Positions 9,527 to 20,156 are shown, counted from the stretch's first letter. The stretch is DNA of 32,000 bases from Synechocystis sp. PCC 6803 substr. PCC-P (GCF_000284455.1 NC_017039.1:3450001-3482000), one strand, 5' to 3'. The notes: generated by a model not told the origin, from the sequence alone. Numbers and translations are program-made.

Positions 9527-9985
9527 TTATCGATGGAGATTATCACCCCCTTCTTGTAAATGAGAACGCCGTAAATCTAGCCATTGTTGTAGAATAATTT
9601 CCGCCGCTTGTTGATCAATTAAACCCTTGTCATAACTAGAAAATCTTTTCCGCGCTTTTAACTGATTTTCCGCTTCTACTGAACTTAACCGTTCATCCAT
9701 ATACTCCAACGGCAAGTGTAACTGCTCCGCCACCCGTCGCGCAAATTTTTGCACCTGTTTAGCTTGAGAACCAATCTCTCCAGCCATGGTGTAGGGTAAT
9801 CCCACCACCAACAGATTAACATTCCTTTCTTCCACCAATTGCTTAATCTGAGCAATGTCTTGATCGTAGGAACTGCGGACAATGGTGGTAATGCCAGTGG
9901 CAATCAAACCAGTGCCGTCACAGCCCGCCACCCCGATACGTTTTCGCCCCACATCTAAGCCCAGGGCCGCTACTTTTTTGCTCAT
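9527..9985 (-). CDS. ruvX: Putative pre-16S rRNA nuclease / Holliday junction resolvase-like RuvX (YqgF)
   Basis: ALGLDVGRKRIGVAGCDGTGLIA, LVVGLPYTMAGEIG, YMDERLSSVEAE and KGLIDQQAAEIILQ motifs. Confidence 0.93.
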   Translation of the reverse strand: MSKKVAALGLDVGRKRIGVAGCDGTGLIATGITTIVRSSYDQDIAQIKQLVEERNVNLLVVGLPYTMAGEIGSQAKQVQKFARRVAEQLHLPLEYMDERLSSVEAENQLKARKRFSSYDKGLIDQQAAEIILQQWLDLRRSHLQEGGDNLHR

Positions 9986-10040
9986 AACTACATGATTAAC
10001 TGTGAAAAATCTCCCCTTAACTTAGGTGAAATTTTAGCTT

Positions 10041-10217
10041 TAGAGAGGGTCTGAAAAGTGCAAAGCTAGGTATTCATCCTTCCAAATCCTCCCACTAAAG
10101 CTCCGGCTTAAAAAGGAGGTCTTTTGTAACAGTTCTCCCCTTCCCAAGGGGGGTAGGGGGGATTAAACAGCCACAACTCAAATTTTTAAACACTTTCCTA
10201 GAGAGGGTCTGAAAAGT
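10041..10217. repeat. Intergenic segment bounded by a 19-bp direct repeat (TAGAGAGGGTCTGAAAAGT)
   Basis: Identical 19-mers at 10041-10059 and 10199-10217 flank a G/C-homopolymer-rich stretch (TCTCCCCTTCCCAAGGGGGGTAGGGGGGATTAAAC). Confidence 0.75.
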
Positions 10218-10310
10218 CTAAATTCTCCCTGTACATCTCATCATACTGGGAAATTTTGAATTGAATTCCCTACATAATTGAGGGACCAGGGGAGGTATTT
10301 TAAATTTTTC

Positions 10311-11933
10311 TTAACCCTGACGAGATTTGAGCAAAATTGCTAGAGTTGCTACTACTTTAGTATTAAATTCTTCTTCAAAAACAACTTTTTTATAATCTAA
10401 ATTCCATAGTTCCAAGGCACAGTCATCGTCGGGATCTTTGGGGGTAATGTGCAAATGTAACTGCCGTTTATCTTGATCATAACGACAATCAAAGCTTTCA
10501 ATGGCTCCCACTTGGCGACGGTCCAAGGCCACCGCTAAGCGTAGCAAAGAACTTAATTGCCGCACCGCTAAACGGTGGGGTTCAGATAATTTAATGTAAT
10601 CATCGTGGCGTTTTTTCGGCTTACTACGGCGATGGTAACGGGCAATATTGGCAATTAGTTCTAGCTCAATTTCTGTGTAACCTAGCAGTTCCGCATTACG
10701 AATTAAATAATAGGAATGTTTATGGTGGGCGGAGTGGCTGACATAAGTACCACAATTATGCAAAATTGCGGCGGCCCAGAGCCATTCCCGTTCCGTTTCC
10801 CCCCAGTCGTGTAAAACTCCCCGCAGTTGATCGAAAAAGCTGGTGGCAAATTGGGCGACCCTTTCCCCAAAACCGAGATCCACTTGGTATTTGCGGGCGA
10901 TTTTTAGCACTCCCCGTTGACGAATTTCTCCCTGGAAACGCATCCGGTCTTGGATTAGCCCATGGGTGAGCATCCAATCGACGATCATGCCTTCCCGCAA
11001 CGCCCGCTCACAGATGGTGATGCTATCCAATTCCAGCATGGTCATGGCTTCGAGTAGAATCACTGCCCCCGGCAAAATAATTTCCGCCCGGCGATCGGAC
11101 AGGCCCGCCACTTCAAACCGTTCTTGGCAGTTGAGACCAGCCAATTTTTTGACCCATTCCTCCACATCTTTTTGGCTAATGCTGTAACCCTGAATGGGAT
11201 TGGGAACCTCTTTTTGTTTTTGTAAAGCGGTCATGGTGGCTAGGGTTTCAATGGTGCCGGAAGTCCCCACCATTTGAGCTTTTTCCCCTCCCTTGAGCCG
11301 TTGTTTAATCTCATCCACTGGGCGCTCCAGCATGCCCCGCACATAGGCCCGCAACACGGCCAATTCGGTGGCATCAATGGGATCGCTGTGGACAAAGTCT
11401 TGGGTGAGCCGCACCGCCCCTACTTTGGTACTGCTTAAAAACCGCACGTCCCGGCGATCGGCCAAAATTAGCTCCGTAGAACCGCCACCAATGTCGATCA
11501 TCACATGGGGTACTTCATGGAAATCCATGCAGGAAAATACCCCCAGGTAAATTCGTCGGGCTTCCTCTGGGCCAGAAATTAAATCCACCGTTAGCCCCAC
11601 TTCCGTTTGCACCCGGGTAAGAAAATCTTGGCCATTTTTGGCTTCCCTAGTGGCACTGGTGGCCACAGCGATAATGTTTTCCACTTCCAAACCCTTGGCC
11701 AATTCCACACAACGTTTCAAAGCGGCGATCGCCCGATTCATGGCCGCTGGAGTGAGGTTATTAGATTGGGGGTCCCGATCGCCTAGGCGGACAGTATCTT
11801 TTTCCCGAGCCACAATAGTAAAGGTGGCCAGAACTGGATCAATGCGGACAATGACCATGTGAACGGAATTGGTTCCAATGTCGATGGCCGCCAACATACA
11901 GGGGTCAACAATCTGGGCAGAGGAAGGAGCCAT
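10311..11933 (-). CDS. ppx: Exopolyphosphatase / guanosine pentaphosphate phosphatase (Ppx/GppA family)
   Basis: AAIDIGTNSVHMVIVRID, DIGGGSTELI, GTSGTIETLA, and a C-terminal HD-like region (HNCGTYVSHSAHHKHSYYLI). Confidence 0.93.
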   Translation of the reverse strand: MAPSSAQIVDPCMLAAIDIGTNSVHMVIVRIDPVLATFTIVAREKDTVRLGDRDPQSNNLTPAAMNRAIAALKRCVELAKGLEVENIIAVATSATREAKNGQDFLTRVQTEVGLTVDLISGPEEARRIYLGVFSCMDFHEVPHVMIDIGGGSTELILADRRDVRFLSSTKVGAVRLTQDFVHSDPIDATELAVLRAYVRGMLERPVDEIKQRLKGGEKAQMVGTSGTIETLATMTALQKQKEVPNPIQGYSISQKDVEEWVKKLAGLNCQERFEVAGLSDRRAEIILPGAVILLEAMTMLELDSITICERALREGMIVDWMLTHGLIQDRMRFQGEIRQRGVLKIARKYQVDLGFGERVAQFATSFFDQLRGVLHDWGETEREWLWAAAILHNCGTYVSHSAHHKHSYYLIRNAELLGYTEIELELIANIARYHRRSKPKKRHDDYIKLSEPHRLAVRQLSSLLRLAVALDRRQVGAIESFDCRYDQDKRQLHLHITPKDPDDDCALELWNLDYKKVVFEEEFNTKVVATLAILLKSRQG

Positions 11934-12422
11934 GGGTTAACACTCTCAAGGGGACAGGAACGGGGGAGTTAGGGTCAAAACTCTACCAACCAGCCTAGGG
12001 CCAATTAACCGTCCCTAACTTAACTTTCCCATTGTCCATTGTTATCAACCCCTCGCAAAGCAACACTGAGGAGAAAATTTGCTCAAACATTTCAGTAGGG
12101 AGAAATATCATCAATATCCCATTGATTTGATGCGGATGAAAACACTGGAGTACTGAGTTCGCAAAAATTTCACCGTGCCACCTGGGGGCCATAATCCCTC
12201 GGGCCATGGGAGCAGCGGAACCTGTTAAGGTTTGAATGCTACAAAATACTTTTAGTAGCCATCTTCTAGGGCTGACAAAAGCTGACAATCCTGTTAAAGT
12301 CTCTGTAAAAAACTGTGCAGTCCCAATTTAAGCCTGATATCAAAGCCAGGGACGCAAATATCTCCTCCCCACTCTGACTAGCTACTTTGTAGCCTTCCAC
12401 GCCGACCTGTTCACCACCGGAG

Positions 12423-14387
12423 ATGCCCAGGGCCATGTTAAGTTGCCGTTATACCCTGCAATTGGCGTTGTGCTTTTGCTTACCATTGGGGCTAGTAAAT
12501 CAGGCTTTGGCCACAGGTTTGGGTACCTTTACTTCTAAGGTGCCAGTAGTAATTGAGCAAGAAGAGAAAGATTTAACCCTAGACCCAGATACCGAAGAGA
12601 TAAAGGCGATCGCCGCCAAAGAATTTTTCCTTAGCCAAGGACAAGTTCCCACCCCTCCCCTACAACCACTGCCATCGGAAGACGATATTCAGGTCCCCCC
12701 TACTAGTCCTCCATTGGAACTAGGGCCAGAGTCCTCCCCTCCCAGCGCCGAAGAAGCGGTGGACACCTGTGGTTATAGACCATCTGCTCCTACCAACATA
12801 ACGCCCATACCTCTGTTACAAGGGTCGGTGGATGGCACTCCCCTCCGGGTGAACCTACTGGGCATGACGGTATTTTCCCCGAAGGAGTTGTTAGCTTTAC
12901 CAGCCCTACAACCTTGGCAAACTGATCCCCCCAGCGGCACTGCTCCCCTCATCATTGATACGAATTTGACGGCGGCGGAATTTGAAGTTTTATACCAAGG
13001 CATAGTAGAGGGCATTACCCAGCTATACATCAATCAGGGTTACATTACTTCCCAGGCGATCGCCAAACCCATTGAACCTGTTAAAAATGGTGAGTTTTTG
13101 GAACAACCAATCCAGGTGGTGGAAGGGCAGGTGGAGTCGATCCAAGTACGGGGTCGGGGTCGTTTGCGCCCAGCTTACATTTGCGACCGGGTAGCTCGGG
13201 GAGTTCATAGTCCCATCAATGTGGGTCAGTTGGAGGAAAGTCTACGGCTGTTGCAAATTAATCCCATGCTGGAAAAGGTGCAAGCTAGCCTTTTGCCCAC
13301 CGGAAAAGTTGGGCTGAGCAATTTATCTGTCACGGTGGAGGAAGCTTTCCCCTTCAGTGCCAATCTCAGTTTTGATAACTATTCCCCCATCAGTTTGGGA
13401 AGTGAGCGGATCGGCCTTAGCTTGGACTATAAAAATCTCACCGGCCTTGGCGATCGCCTGTCGGGGAGCTATTACGTTTCCACCACTGGGGGTTTGGACA
13501 TCCTCGATTTTAACTATCAGGTTCCCCTTAATCCCACCGATGGCACTCTCAATCTACGTTTTGTGCCCACCTGGACTAGAATCACCCAGTCCCCCTTCGA
13601 CGTTTTTGATATCACCGGCAGCAACCCCCTCTACGAAATCAGTTATCGCCAACCCCTCTGGACTTCTTTAACAGATGAATTTGCCCTTAGTTTTGGTTTC
13701 CGTTACCAAGACGGTCGCACCCTAGGGCTAAATCGTCCCGATTTGACCAATTTCAGCCGCACCAGCGTGTTTCAGTTTGGCCAGGACTACACCCTGCGCG
13801 ACCCCAATGGGCTATGGTTTTTCCGCTCCCAAATGAACCTGGGCACAGGACTATTTGATGCCACCACCAATCCCGATCCTCTACCCAGCGGCAAATTTTT
13901 TAGTTGGTTGGGACAAGCCCAGCGGCTGCAAAGACTGGATGATAATAACCTGCTCATTGTGCAGGCAGATTTACAACTCACCCCCGATAGTTTGCTACCG
14001 GATTATCTGTTCATCATCGGCGGTGGGCAGTCCCTGCGGGGCTATCGACAAAATGCCCGCTCCGCTGACAATGGCGTTCGTCTCTCGGTGGAAAATCGCA
14101 TCACCTTGGCCAGGGATGGAGATAATAAATCTGTGTTTGAACTCGCTCCCTTTGTGGATTTTGGCGCAGTGTGGAACAGTGCCGGCAACCCCACCCAATT
14201 GCCGCCCAATTCTGTGCTGGTGGGGCCTGGATTGGGCCTTATTTGGCGGGATATTTTGGGTATGACCGGTTTGAGCTTCCGGTTTGACTATGGCATTCCC
14301 GTGATCAAATTGGATAACCTGACCGGCAATTGGCAAAATGACGGCCTATACTTCCAGCTCAATTACCGCCCTCCCTTTGGCAAGTAA
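12423..14387 (+). CDS. ShlB/FhaC/HecB-family two-partner-secretion outer-membrane transporter (TpsB-like)
   Basis: Signal peptide, proline-rich linker, POTRA (VEGQVESIQVRGRGRLRPAYI), and a barrel with GGGQSLRGYRQNARSADNG...VSVENRI and PFVDFGAVWN. Confidence 0.88.
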   Translation: MPRAMLSCRYTLQLALCFCLPLGLVNQALATGLGTFTSKVPVVIEQEEKDLTLDPDTEEIKAIAAKEFFLSQGQVPTPPLQPLPSEDDIQVPPTSPPLELGPESSPPSAEEAVDTCGYRPSAPTNITPIPLLQGSVDGTPLRVNLLGMTVFSPKELLALPALQPWQTDPPSGTAPLIIDTNLTAAEFEVLYQGIVEGITQLYINQGYITSQAIAKPIEPVKNGEFLEQPIQVVEGQVESIQVRGRGRLRPAYICDRVARGVHSPINVGQLEESLRLLQINPMLEKVQASLLPTGKVGLSNLSVTVEEAFPFSANLSFDNYSPISLGSERIGLSLDYKNLTGLGDRLSGSYYVSTTGGLDILDFNYQVPLNPTDGTLNLRFVPTWTRITQSPFDVFDITGSNPLYEISYRQPLWTSLTDEFALSFGFRYQDGRTLGLNRPDLTNFSRTSVFQFGQDYTLRDPNGLWFFRSQMNLGTGLFDATTNPDPLPSGKFFSWLGQAQRLQRLDDNNLLIVQADLQLTPDSLLPDYLFIIGGGQSLRGYRQNARSADNGVRLSVENRITLARDGDNKSVFELAPFVDFGAVWNSAGNPTQLPPNSVLVGPGLGLIWRDILGMTGLSFRFDYGIPVIKLDNLTGNWQNDGLYFQLNYRPPFGK

Positions 14388-14524
14388 CTGAGAGAGGGAG
14401 TTTGGGGAACGCCGTGGTTTTTCCCATTTTTCAGAGATGTCCATTTAGAGTTGTCCTCCCTTGCCGGTGCTTTAGCGGGTCAACTTAACCAGAGCGTTCC
14501 AACCAATCAGTTGTTGAAAACCAC

Positions 14525-15340
14525 CTACTCAATGGTGATTGTGGTGGGGGAACTATTGTTACTGCTACCGCTGCCGTTGTTCTGATTATTGTCCTGTTGA
14601 TGACTGCGGCGATATTCCCGATAAAGGCGATCGCGCCATTCAAAAAATGCACTGTAGGCACTGTTATCCGCCAAGCCAGGAATGCCCTTACCCTTCAACT
14701 CCTGGGCAATGTTTAAGTAATTTCCGCCGGGGATTTTGATCACCATACTCAATGCCGCCACCGTTAAATCTGCCAACGTTGGGCGATCGCCAATTAGGTA
14801 GGGCTGATGTTGCAGAATCAGAGTTAAAGCCTCCAAGTCCTGATGCAAGCCCCGCATGGCTTCCTTGACCGCATCACCACCAAAACCAACGCCACTGCCC
14901 AATAGGTCTAACATAGCCGGGGGTACTGCACTGACTAAATTTTTGAAAATGCCTGGGGTTTGTTTGGGCAAAATAGAAGCCCGCAGACCAGGATTTTGGT
15001 TCAACGCCCCCACCATGGCAACCCGACCCTTCAGACCAATGGATTCGTCGGCCCATTCTTCCATCAGCAAGCATTGTCCCCGTTGCACCGGATCGTGGGG
15101 TAAAAGGGAATTTTCGGGGTATTTACGGTCTAGGTAGAGGGCAATTTCCGTCGAATCTGCAATGACAATGTCCCCATCCTTGAGCACTGGAACCTTTGTT
15201 TGTCCAGAAAGACGGAGCAAATCGAGCTGACCAACCCCCGGCACCACTTCCACTGTCCGATAATCCAACCCTTTAAAGTCGAGAATCAGGCGGACTTTTT
15301 CCGAATATTGGGACAGTTCAAACTGATGAAGCTCAAGCAT
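14525..15340 (-). CDS. Glutathione S-transferase family protein
   Basis: Thioredoxin-like N-domain (LHQFELSQYSEKVRLILDFKGLDY...KVPVLKDGDIVIADSTEIALYLD) plus C-terminal helical domain (GDRPTLADLTVAAL). Confidence 0.9.
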   Translation of the reverse strand: MLELHQFELSQYSEKVRLILDFKGLDYRTVEVVPGVGQLDLLRLSGQTKVPVLKDGDIVIADSTEIALYLDRKYPENSLLPHDPVQRGQCLLMEEWADESIGLKGRVAMVGALNQNPGLRASILPKQTPGIFKNLVSAVPPAMLDLLGSGVGFGGDAVKEAMRGLHQDLEALTLILQHQPYLIGDRPTLADLTVAALSMVIKIPGGNYLNIAQELKGKGIPGLADNSAYSAFFEWRDRLYREYRRSHQQDNNQNNGSGSSNNSSPTTITIE

Positions 15341-15495
15341 GGTAGGAATTTTAGCAGTGGGTGTACAATCGAAGGCAAACTTTGTTTAAAGTCCAACATA
15401 ACATGACTCTCTCCCTCCCTGGAGCAACCTAGTCTCAGCCAGCCATTACACACAGAATAAATTTCAAACTTACTAATAGTTTTTGTCCTTAATTT

Positions 15496-17529
15496 TTGAT
15501 CATCAGCAAGACTTTTATGGACTATTTTTTAGTTTGTGGGTTAGGGTATCTGGGACAACATTGCGTTGTTGCGCTGAAAAAATTTGGCGTTAAGGTAATT
15601 GCCATTGAAAAACAGCCACCGCCCCAGTGGGAAATTAAAAATTTAGACCATTACCTAGACCGATTAATTATTGGCGACTGTAGTCAAGCTAATATTTTAC
15701 TCCAGTTGCCTATTAGTCAAATTCGAGCTGCTTTAATTGTTACCACAGTCGAAAAAATTAATCTTGAAACAGCCATAACCATTCGTACTTTAAATGCTAA
15801 TACCCGTTTAGTTGTCAGAAGTGTACGGGATAATCTTAATTTTTTATTGAGTAACGAATTAGGGAATTTTATTGCCTATGAACCCAAACATTTGCCAGCC
15901 AATGCTTATGCCCTTTCTGCCCTGGGCAAAGAAACCATTAGTCTGCTCAATTTAGGAGGGATAAAAATCAGAATCAATCGCTTGCAAGTTCCCGGTTATC
16001 ACCATTGGCTCAGCTACAGTTGTGTGGATGAAATTAATAATCGTCACCGCCGTATTCTCAGCCACGATCGGCAGGGCGACTCTCCGTCCCAATCCATTGA
16101 GTTTCACTGCTGGCATCCAGAAGCAAAAATTCAGCCCCAGGATACGATTATTTACGTGGAAACAGAGGATAATTATTCCCTTAACAAGGGCTATGGCATT
16201 AATCCAAATAGAAAAAAGATTAGTCTAAATTTTCTATATTATCGCAGTTTGATACAGACCAAAATTAGTGACTGGGTCAAAAATTTTTGGGGGCTAAGCC
16301 TTAAGCAGCAGGTGGCGAGGGTTGCTATTATCTATGGCTTGGTAGTGTTTCTGCTTTTAATTACGGGAACGGTATTATTCCGCTTCTTTTACCCCGGCAC
16401 CACCTTGGTTTCTTCCTTTTACGTCACTGCTATTTTACTCTTAGGCGGTTACTCTGACCTGTTCGACTCCTTTGAACCCATATCAACTTTGCCGGAATGG
16501 TTACAGTTATTTAGCCTGGCTCTCACTGTTACCGGCACTGCCTTTGTCGGAGTTTTATACGCCCTATTAACCCAGGCTTTATTATCATCTAAATTTCAAT
16601 TTTATAATAAACGTCCCCCTATTCCCGAAGCTGACCATGTGGTGGTTATTGGCTTAGGTAAGTTAGGTCAAGAAATTACCAAGAAATTGCGGGAATTAAA
16701 AATTAATGTGTTGGGATTAACTTTTAATCCTATTACTAGCCAGTCAGATTTTTTAGATCTTCCCTTAATTTATGGCCATAATTTAGTCGATAGTTTACAG
16801 TTAGCTAACTTAGAAACCGCCAGTAGTGTCATTGTGGTCACCGATGACGACATTGTTAATATTGAAACGGCGTTACTGACTCAAAAAATTAATCCCCATT
16901 GTCAATTAGTAATTCGCACCAATGGCGATACCTTAACCAAAAATCTAGGACGATTATTACCAGAAGCAATTATTATTGATCCCTATGTAGCAGCGGCGGA
17001 AGTGTTTACAGGGGCAGCCTTTGGCGAAAACATTCTCGGTTTATCCTGTTGGCAAGAACAGACGGTTTTAGTCACCCAATATTATATTGAAGAACAGGAT
17101 ACGCTCCAGGGTTTATCAATTGCAGAGGTGGCCTATGGTTATGGAGTAGTGCCAATAATTTATCAAGATAAATCCGAAGATGAAGCGATTTTTTTGCCCT
17201 CGGAAGACCGATCATTAATGCCTGGAAATTTGCTAATTGTTCTAGCAACAATGGCAGGTTTACAATCGATTGAAGCAGGTGATTTAAAGCCCAAGCAATG
17301 GAAACTTAAAATTATTAAAGCTAGTTCTAAAATGTCTGTTTTCGACGGCATTAGCGCCATCGCTCGCATTGCGGGTTGTTCCTTAAAAATCGCAACGGAA
17401 ACAATGAATAACTTACCGGCAACTTTACCCGTTAAAATGTACCATCACCAGGCGACAAAACTTAAAAAAGTGCTCCAGCAAAATCAAATTGAAAGTGTAA
17501 TTGAACAAAGTTTGGCACCAATTTCCTAA
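15496..17529 (+). CDS. Dual TrkA-N/RCK-domain protein with a central two-TM ion-channel-like pore
   Basis: First Rossmann domain (YFLVCGLGYLGQHCVVAL...), TM segment IIYGLVVFLLLITGTVLFRF, P-loop-like FYVTAILLLGGYSDLF, second TM LALTVTGTAFVGVLYALLTQ, second Rossmann domain (HVVVIGLGKLGQEITKKL). ATG at 15517 is an alternative start. Confidence 0.85.
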   Translation: MIISKTFMDYFLVCGLGYLGQHCVVALKKFGVKVIAIEKQPPPQWEIKNLDHYLDRLIIGDCSQANILLQLPISQIRAALIVTTVEKINLETAITIRTLNANTRLVVRSVRDNLNFLLSNELGNFIAYEPKHLPANAYALSALGKETISLLNLGGIKIRINRLQVPGYHHWLSYSCVDEINNRHRRILSHDRQGDSPSQSIEFHCWHPEAKIQPQDTIIYVETEDNYSLNKGYGINPNRKKISLNFLYYRSLIQTKISDWVKNFWGLSLKQQVARVAIIYGLVVFLLLITGTVLFRFFYPGTTLVSSFYVTAILLLGGYSDLFDSFEPISTLPEWLQLFSLALTVTGTAFVGVLYALLTQALLSSKFQFYNKRPPIPEADHVVVIGLGKLGQEITKKLRELKINVLGLTFNPITSQSDFLDLPLIYGHNLVDSLQLANLETASSVIVVTDDDIVNIETALLTQKINPHCQLVIRTNGDTLTKNLGRLLPEAIIIDPYVAAAEVFTGAAFGENILGLSCWQEQTVLVTQYYIEEQDTLQGLSIAEVAYGYGVVPIIYQDKSEDEAIFLPSEDRSLMPGNLLIVLATMAGLQSIEAGDLKPKQWKLKIIKASSKMSVFDGISAIARIAGCSLKIATETMNNLPATLPVKMYHHQATKLKKVLQQNQIESVIEQSLAPIS

Positions 17530-17646
17530 TTAGTAGTAATTCTCTTTCTTTTCCTGACAAAATTGCCGTAAAATACTGATGGCAATAGTTTCTTTATTAT
17601 TCCCAACGGCGATCGCCTGACTTTAGTTTCCCTCTAACCTGATCCC

Positions 17647-18486
17647 ATGGCCCTTAGCTTTAGTAAATACCACGGTCTCGGCAACGACTTTATTTTGGTG
17701 GATAACCGCCAAAGTACGGAACCCTGCTTAACCCCAGACCAAGCCCAACAGTTGTGCGATCGCCATTTTGGCATTGGGGCGGACGGGGTGATTTTTGCTT
17801 TGCCGGGGCAGGGGGGAACGGACTACACCATGCGGATTTTTAATTCCGACGGTTCGGAGCCGGAAATGTGCGGCAATGGCATCCGTTGTTTGGCCAAGTT
17901 TTTGGCAGACCTAGAAGGGGTGGAGGAAAAGACCTATCGCATCCACACGTTGGCGGGGGTAATTACGCCCCAACTGTTGGCCGACGGCCAGGTCAAAGTA
18001 GATATGGGGGAACCCCAATTATTGGCGGAGCTTATTCCCACCACCCTAGCGCCAGCGGGGGAAAAAGTGGTGGATCTGCCCTTGGCCGTAGCGGGGCAAA
18101 CCTGGGCGGTGACCTGTGTGAGCATGGGTAATCCCCACTGTTTGACCTTTGTGGATGATGTGGACAGCCTCAACCTGACTGAGATTGGTCCTTTGTTTGA
18201 GCATCACCCCCAATTTTCCCAACGTACTAATACGGAGTTTATCCAGGTTTTAGGAAGCGATCGCCTGAAAATGCGGGTCTGGGAACGGGGAGCGGGTATT
18301 ACTCTAGCTTGTGGAACAGGGGCCTGTGCCACAGTGGTGGCGGCAGTATTGACCGGCCGGGGCGATCGCCGTTGCACGGTGGAATTACCCGGTGGCAACT
18401 TGGAAATTGAATGGTCTGCCCAGGACAATCGGCTTTATATGACGGGGCCAGCCCAGAGAGTCTTCAGCGGCCAGGCGGAGATTTGA
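17647..18486 (+). CDS. dapF: Diaminopimelate epimerase
   Basis: [30 protein letters not shown] and [13 protein letters not shown] catalytic-cysteine motifs. Confidence 0.97.
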   Translation: MALSFSKYHGLGNDFILVDNRQSTEPCLTPDQAQQLCDRHFGIGADGVIFALPGQGGTDYTMRIFNSDGSEPEMCGNGIRCLAKFLADLEGVEEKTYRIHTLAGVITPQLLADGQVKVDMGEPQLLAELIPTTLAPAGEKVVDLPLAVAGQTWAVTCVSMGNPHCLTFVDDVDSLNLTEIGPLFEHHPQFSQRTNTEFIQVLGSDRLKMRVWERGAGITLACGTGACATVVAAVLTGRGDRRCTVELPGGNLEIEWSAQDNRLYMTGPAQRVFSGQAEI

Positions 18487-18696
18487 ACAAAAATACTCTT
18501 GTTTTACTTTCTTAAGGAATGTTGCCAATGGGAAAGAGATAAAGACATTGAGCAACGTAAACCCATTTCCAGCTACTGCATGGATGGTGGGCGGCTAATC
18601 TGTTCAACTAAGGGACGGCCATGCCCTAGAATTTGATGGACATCTTTTCAGCCCAACACCGCTATTTTTCCACCCCATAACTAGTTAATCAGCTCG

Positions 18697-19854
18697 ATGA
18701 ACATCCCCATCCTTGACCTTAAGCCCCAGTACCAAAGGATCAAAGCCGAAATTCAACAGGCGGTGAATGGTGTCTTGGAATCGGGACAATTCATTTTGGG
18801 CAAAACCGTTGCAGATTTTGAGCAAGCCGCCGCCGATTATCTGGGGGTGAAATATGCCATTGGGGTTAATTCCGGCACCGATGCCCTGATGATTGGCCTA
18901 AGGGCATTGGGCATTGGCCCGGGGGACGAAGTAATTACCACCCCCTTTTCCTTTTTTGCCACGGCGGAATCCATTAGTAATGTGGGGGCTAAACCGGTTT
19001 TTGTAGATGTGGCGATCACCGATTTTAACCTTGATCCCGACAAAATCAAGGCGGCCATCACCCCCCGCACCAAGGCGATTATGCCAGTGCATTTATTCGG
19101 TCAGCCGGCAGCCATGGCCCAAATTAAAGCCCTTGCCGATGCCCATGGTTTGAAAATTATTGAAGATTGTGCCCAGTCCTTTGGGGCTATCTATGCCGGT
19201 GATTGCTTGGGTTGTGACCAGGGCTGTGATGACCAAGTTAGACAAGCCCTAGTGGGTCAATACACTGGGGCCATGGGGGATGTGGGCGCATTTTCCTTTT
19301 TTCCCACTAAAAATCTGGGAGCCTATGGTGACGGTGGTTTGATCACCACTAACGATCCGGCGATCGCCGATTTGGCCCGCTGTCTGAGGGTGCATGGTTC
19401 TAAACAACGCTATCAAAACGAAATGCTGGGCTATAACTCCCGCTTAGATGCGTTGCAAGCGGCCATTTTGAACGTCAAACTATCCCATTTAAAGGAATGG
19501 AGCCTGGGCCGTCGTCGGGTGGCTCAGACCTATAATGATCTGTTCCAAGGGGTGGAAGGCATTATTACCCCCACCATCACTGCTGGCCATGTGTTTCACC
19601 AATACACCCTGCGGATTTTGAACGGTCAAAGGGACGCCCTCGCTAACGCAATGCAAGGCATGGGGATTAGTACCATGATCTATTACCCTGTGCCCCAGGA
19701 TCAATTGCCGGTGTACCGGGGTCAGTATGCCCCCAACCCCATCAGCGATCGCCTGGCCACGGAGGTGTTGAGTTTACCCATCTGGCCGGAAATGGAAACC
19801 GAAACGGTGCAAACGGTGGCTGAAAAAATTAGCCAGGTTTTACCTAGTTTGTAA
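18697..19854 (+). CDS. DegT/DnrJ/EryC1/StrS-family PLP-dependent aminotransferase
   Basis: NIPILDLKPQY, GVNSGTDALMIGLRALGIGPGDEVITTPFSFFATAE, EDCAQSFGA, FSFFPTKNLGAYGDGG (PLP lysine). Confidence 0.95.
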   Translation: MNIPILDLKPQYQRIKAEIQQAVNGVLESGQFILGKTVADFEQAAADYLGVKYAIGVNSGTDALMIGLRALGIGPGDEVITTPFSFFATAESISNVGAKPVFVDVAITDFNLDPDKIKAAITPRTKAIMPVHLFGQPAAMAQIKALADAHGLKIIEDCAQSFGAIYAGDCLGCDQGCDDQVRQALVGQYTGAMGDVGAFSFFPTKNLGAYGDGGLITTNDPAIADLARCLRVHGSKQRYQNEMLGYNSRLDALQAAILNVKLSHLKEWSLGRRRVAQTYNDLFQGVEGIITPTITAGHVFHQYTLRILNGQRDALANAMQGMGISTMIYYPVPQDQLPVYRGQYAPNPISDRLATEVLSLPIWPEMETETVQTVAEKISQVLPSL

Positions 19855-19877
19855 ACTTCTCCCACCATCAATCATCT

Positions 19878-20129
19878 ATGCCCATGGAAGCCGGACAACA
19901 ATTCCTCACCCCCGCTGAGTCCCACGCTGTTGATGGGGCCCTGCTCAGTCAGTCGGAAAAGTTTCTCACCCGCCTCACCATTTCTTCCTTCCGGCTTTTG
20001 CAAACCATTGCGGCGGAGGAACAATTGGCGATCGCCGACCTCACCCCGGAAATTATCATTGCTTGGTTTGAAAAGGATGCCAAAAGGAAACGGGAGCAGG
20101 GGACAGAAAAACCTGTGCTGGATTGGTAG
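19878..20129 (+). CDS. Small conserved hypothetical protein (83 aa)
   Basis: Begins 24 bp after the aminotransferase stop on the same strand; acidic soluble composition (...LTPEIIIAWFEKDAKRKREQG...). No family recognised. Confidence 0.55.
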   Translation: MPMEAGQQFLTPAESHAVDGALLSQSEKFLTRLTISSFRLLQTIAAEEQLAIADLTPEIIIAWFEKDAKRKREQGTEKPVLDW

Positions 20130-20156
20130 GGTTCAAATCTGTTTCGTCAAAATAAG

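Noticed and set aside
11995-12288. 97-aa minus-strand ORF between ppx and the TpsB-like gene
   Set aside because: No recognised motif and implausible sequence; could be a relic but nothing supports coding.
13357-14265. ORFs 13357..13671 and 13855..14265 within the TpsB-like gene
   Set aside because: Alternative frames of a well-supported barrel gene; proline/serine-rich with no recognisable motif.
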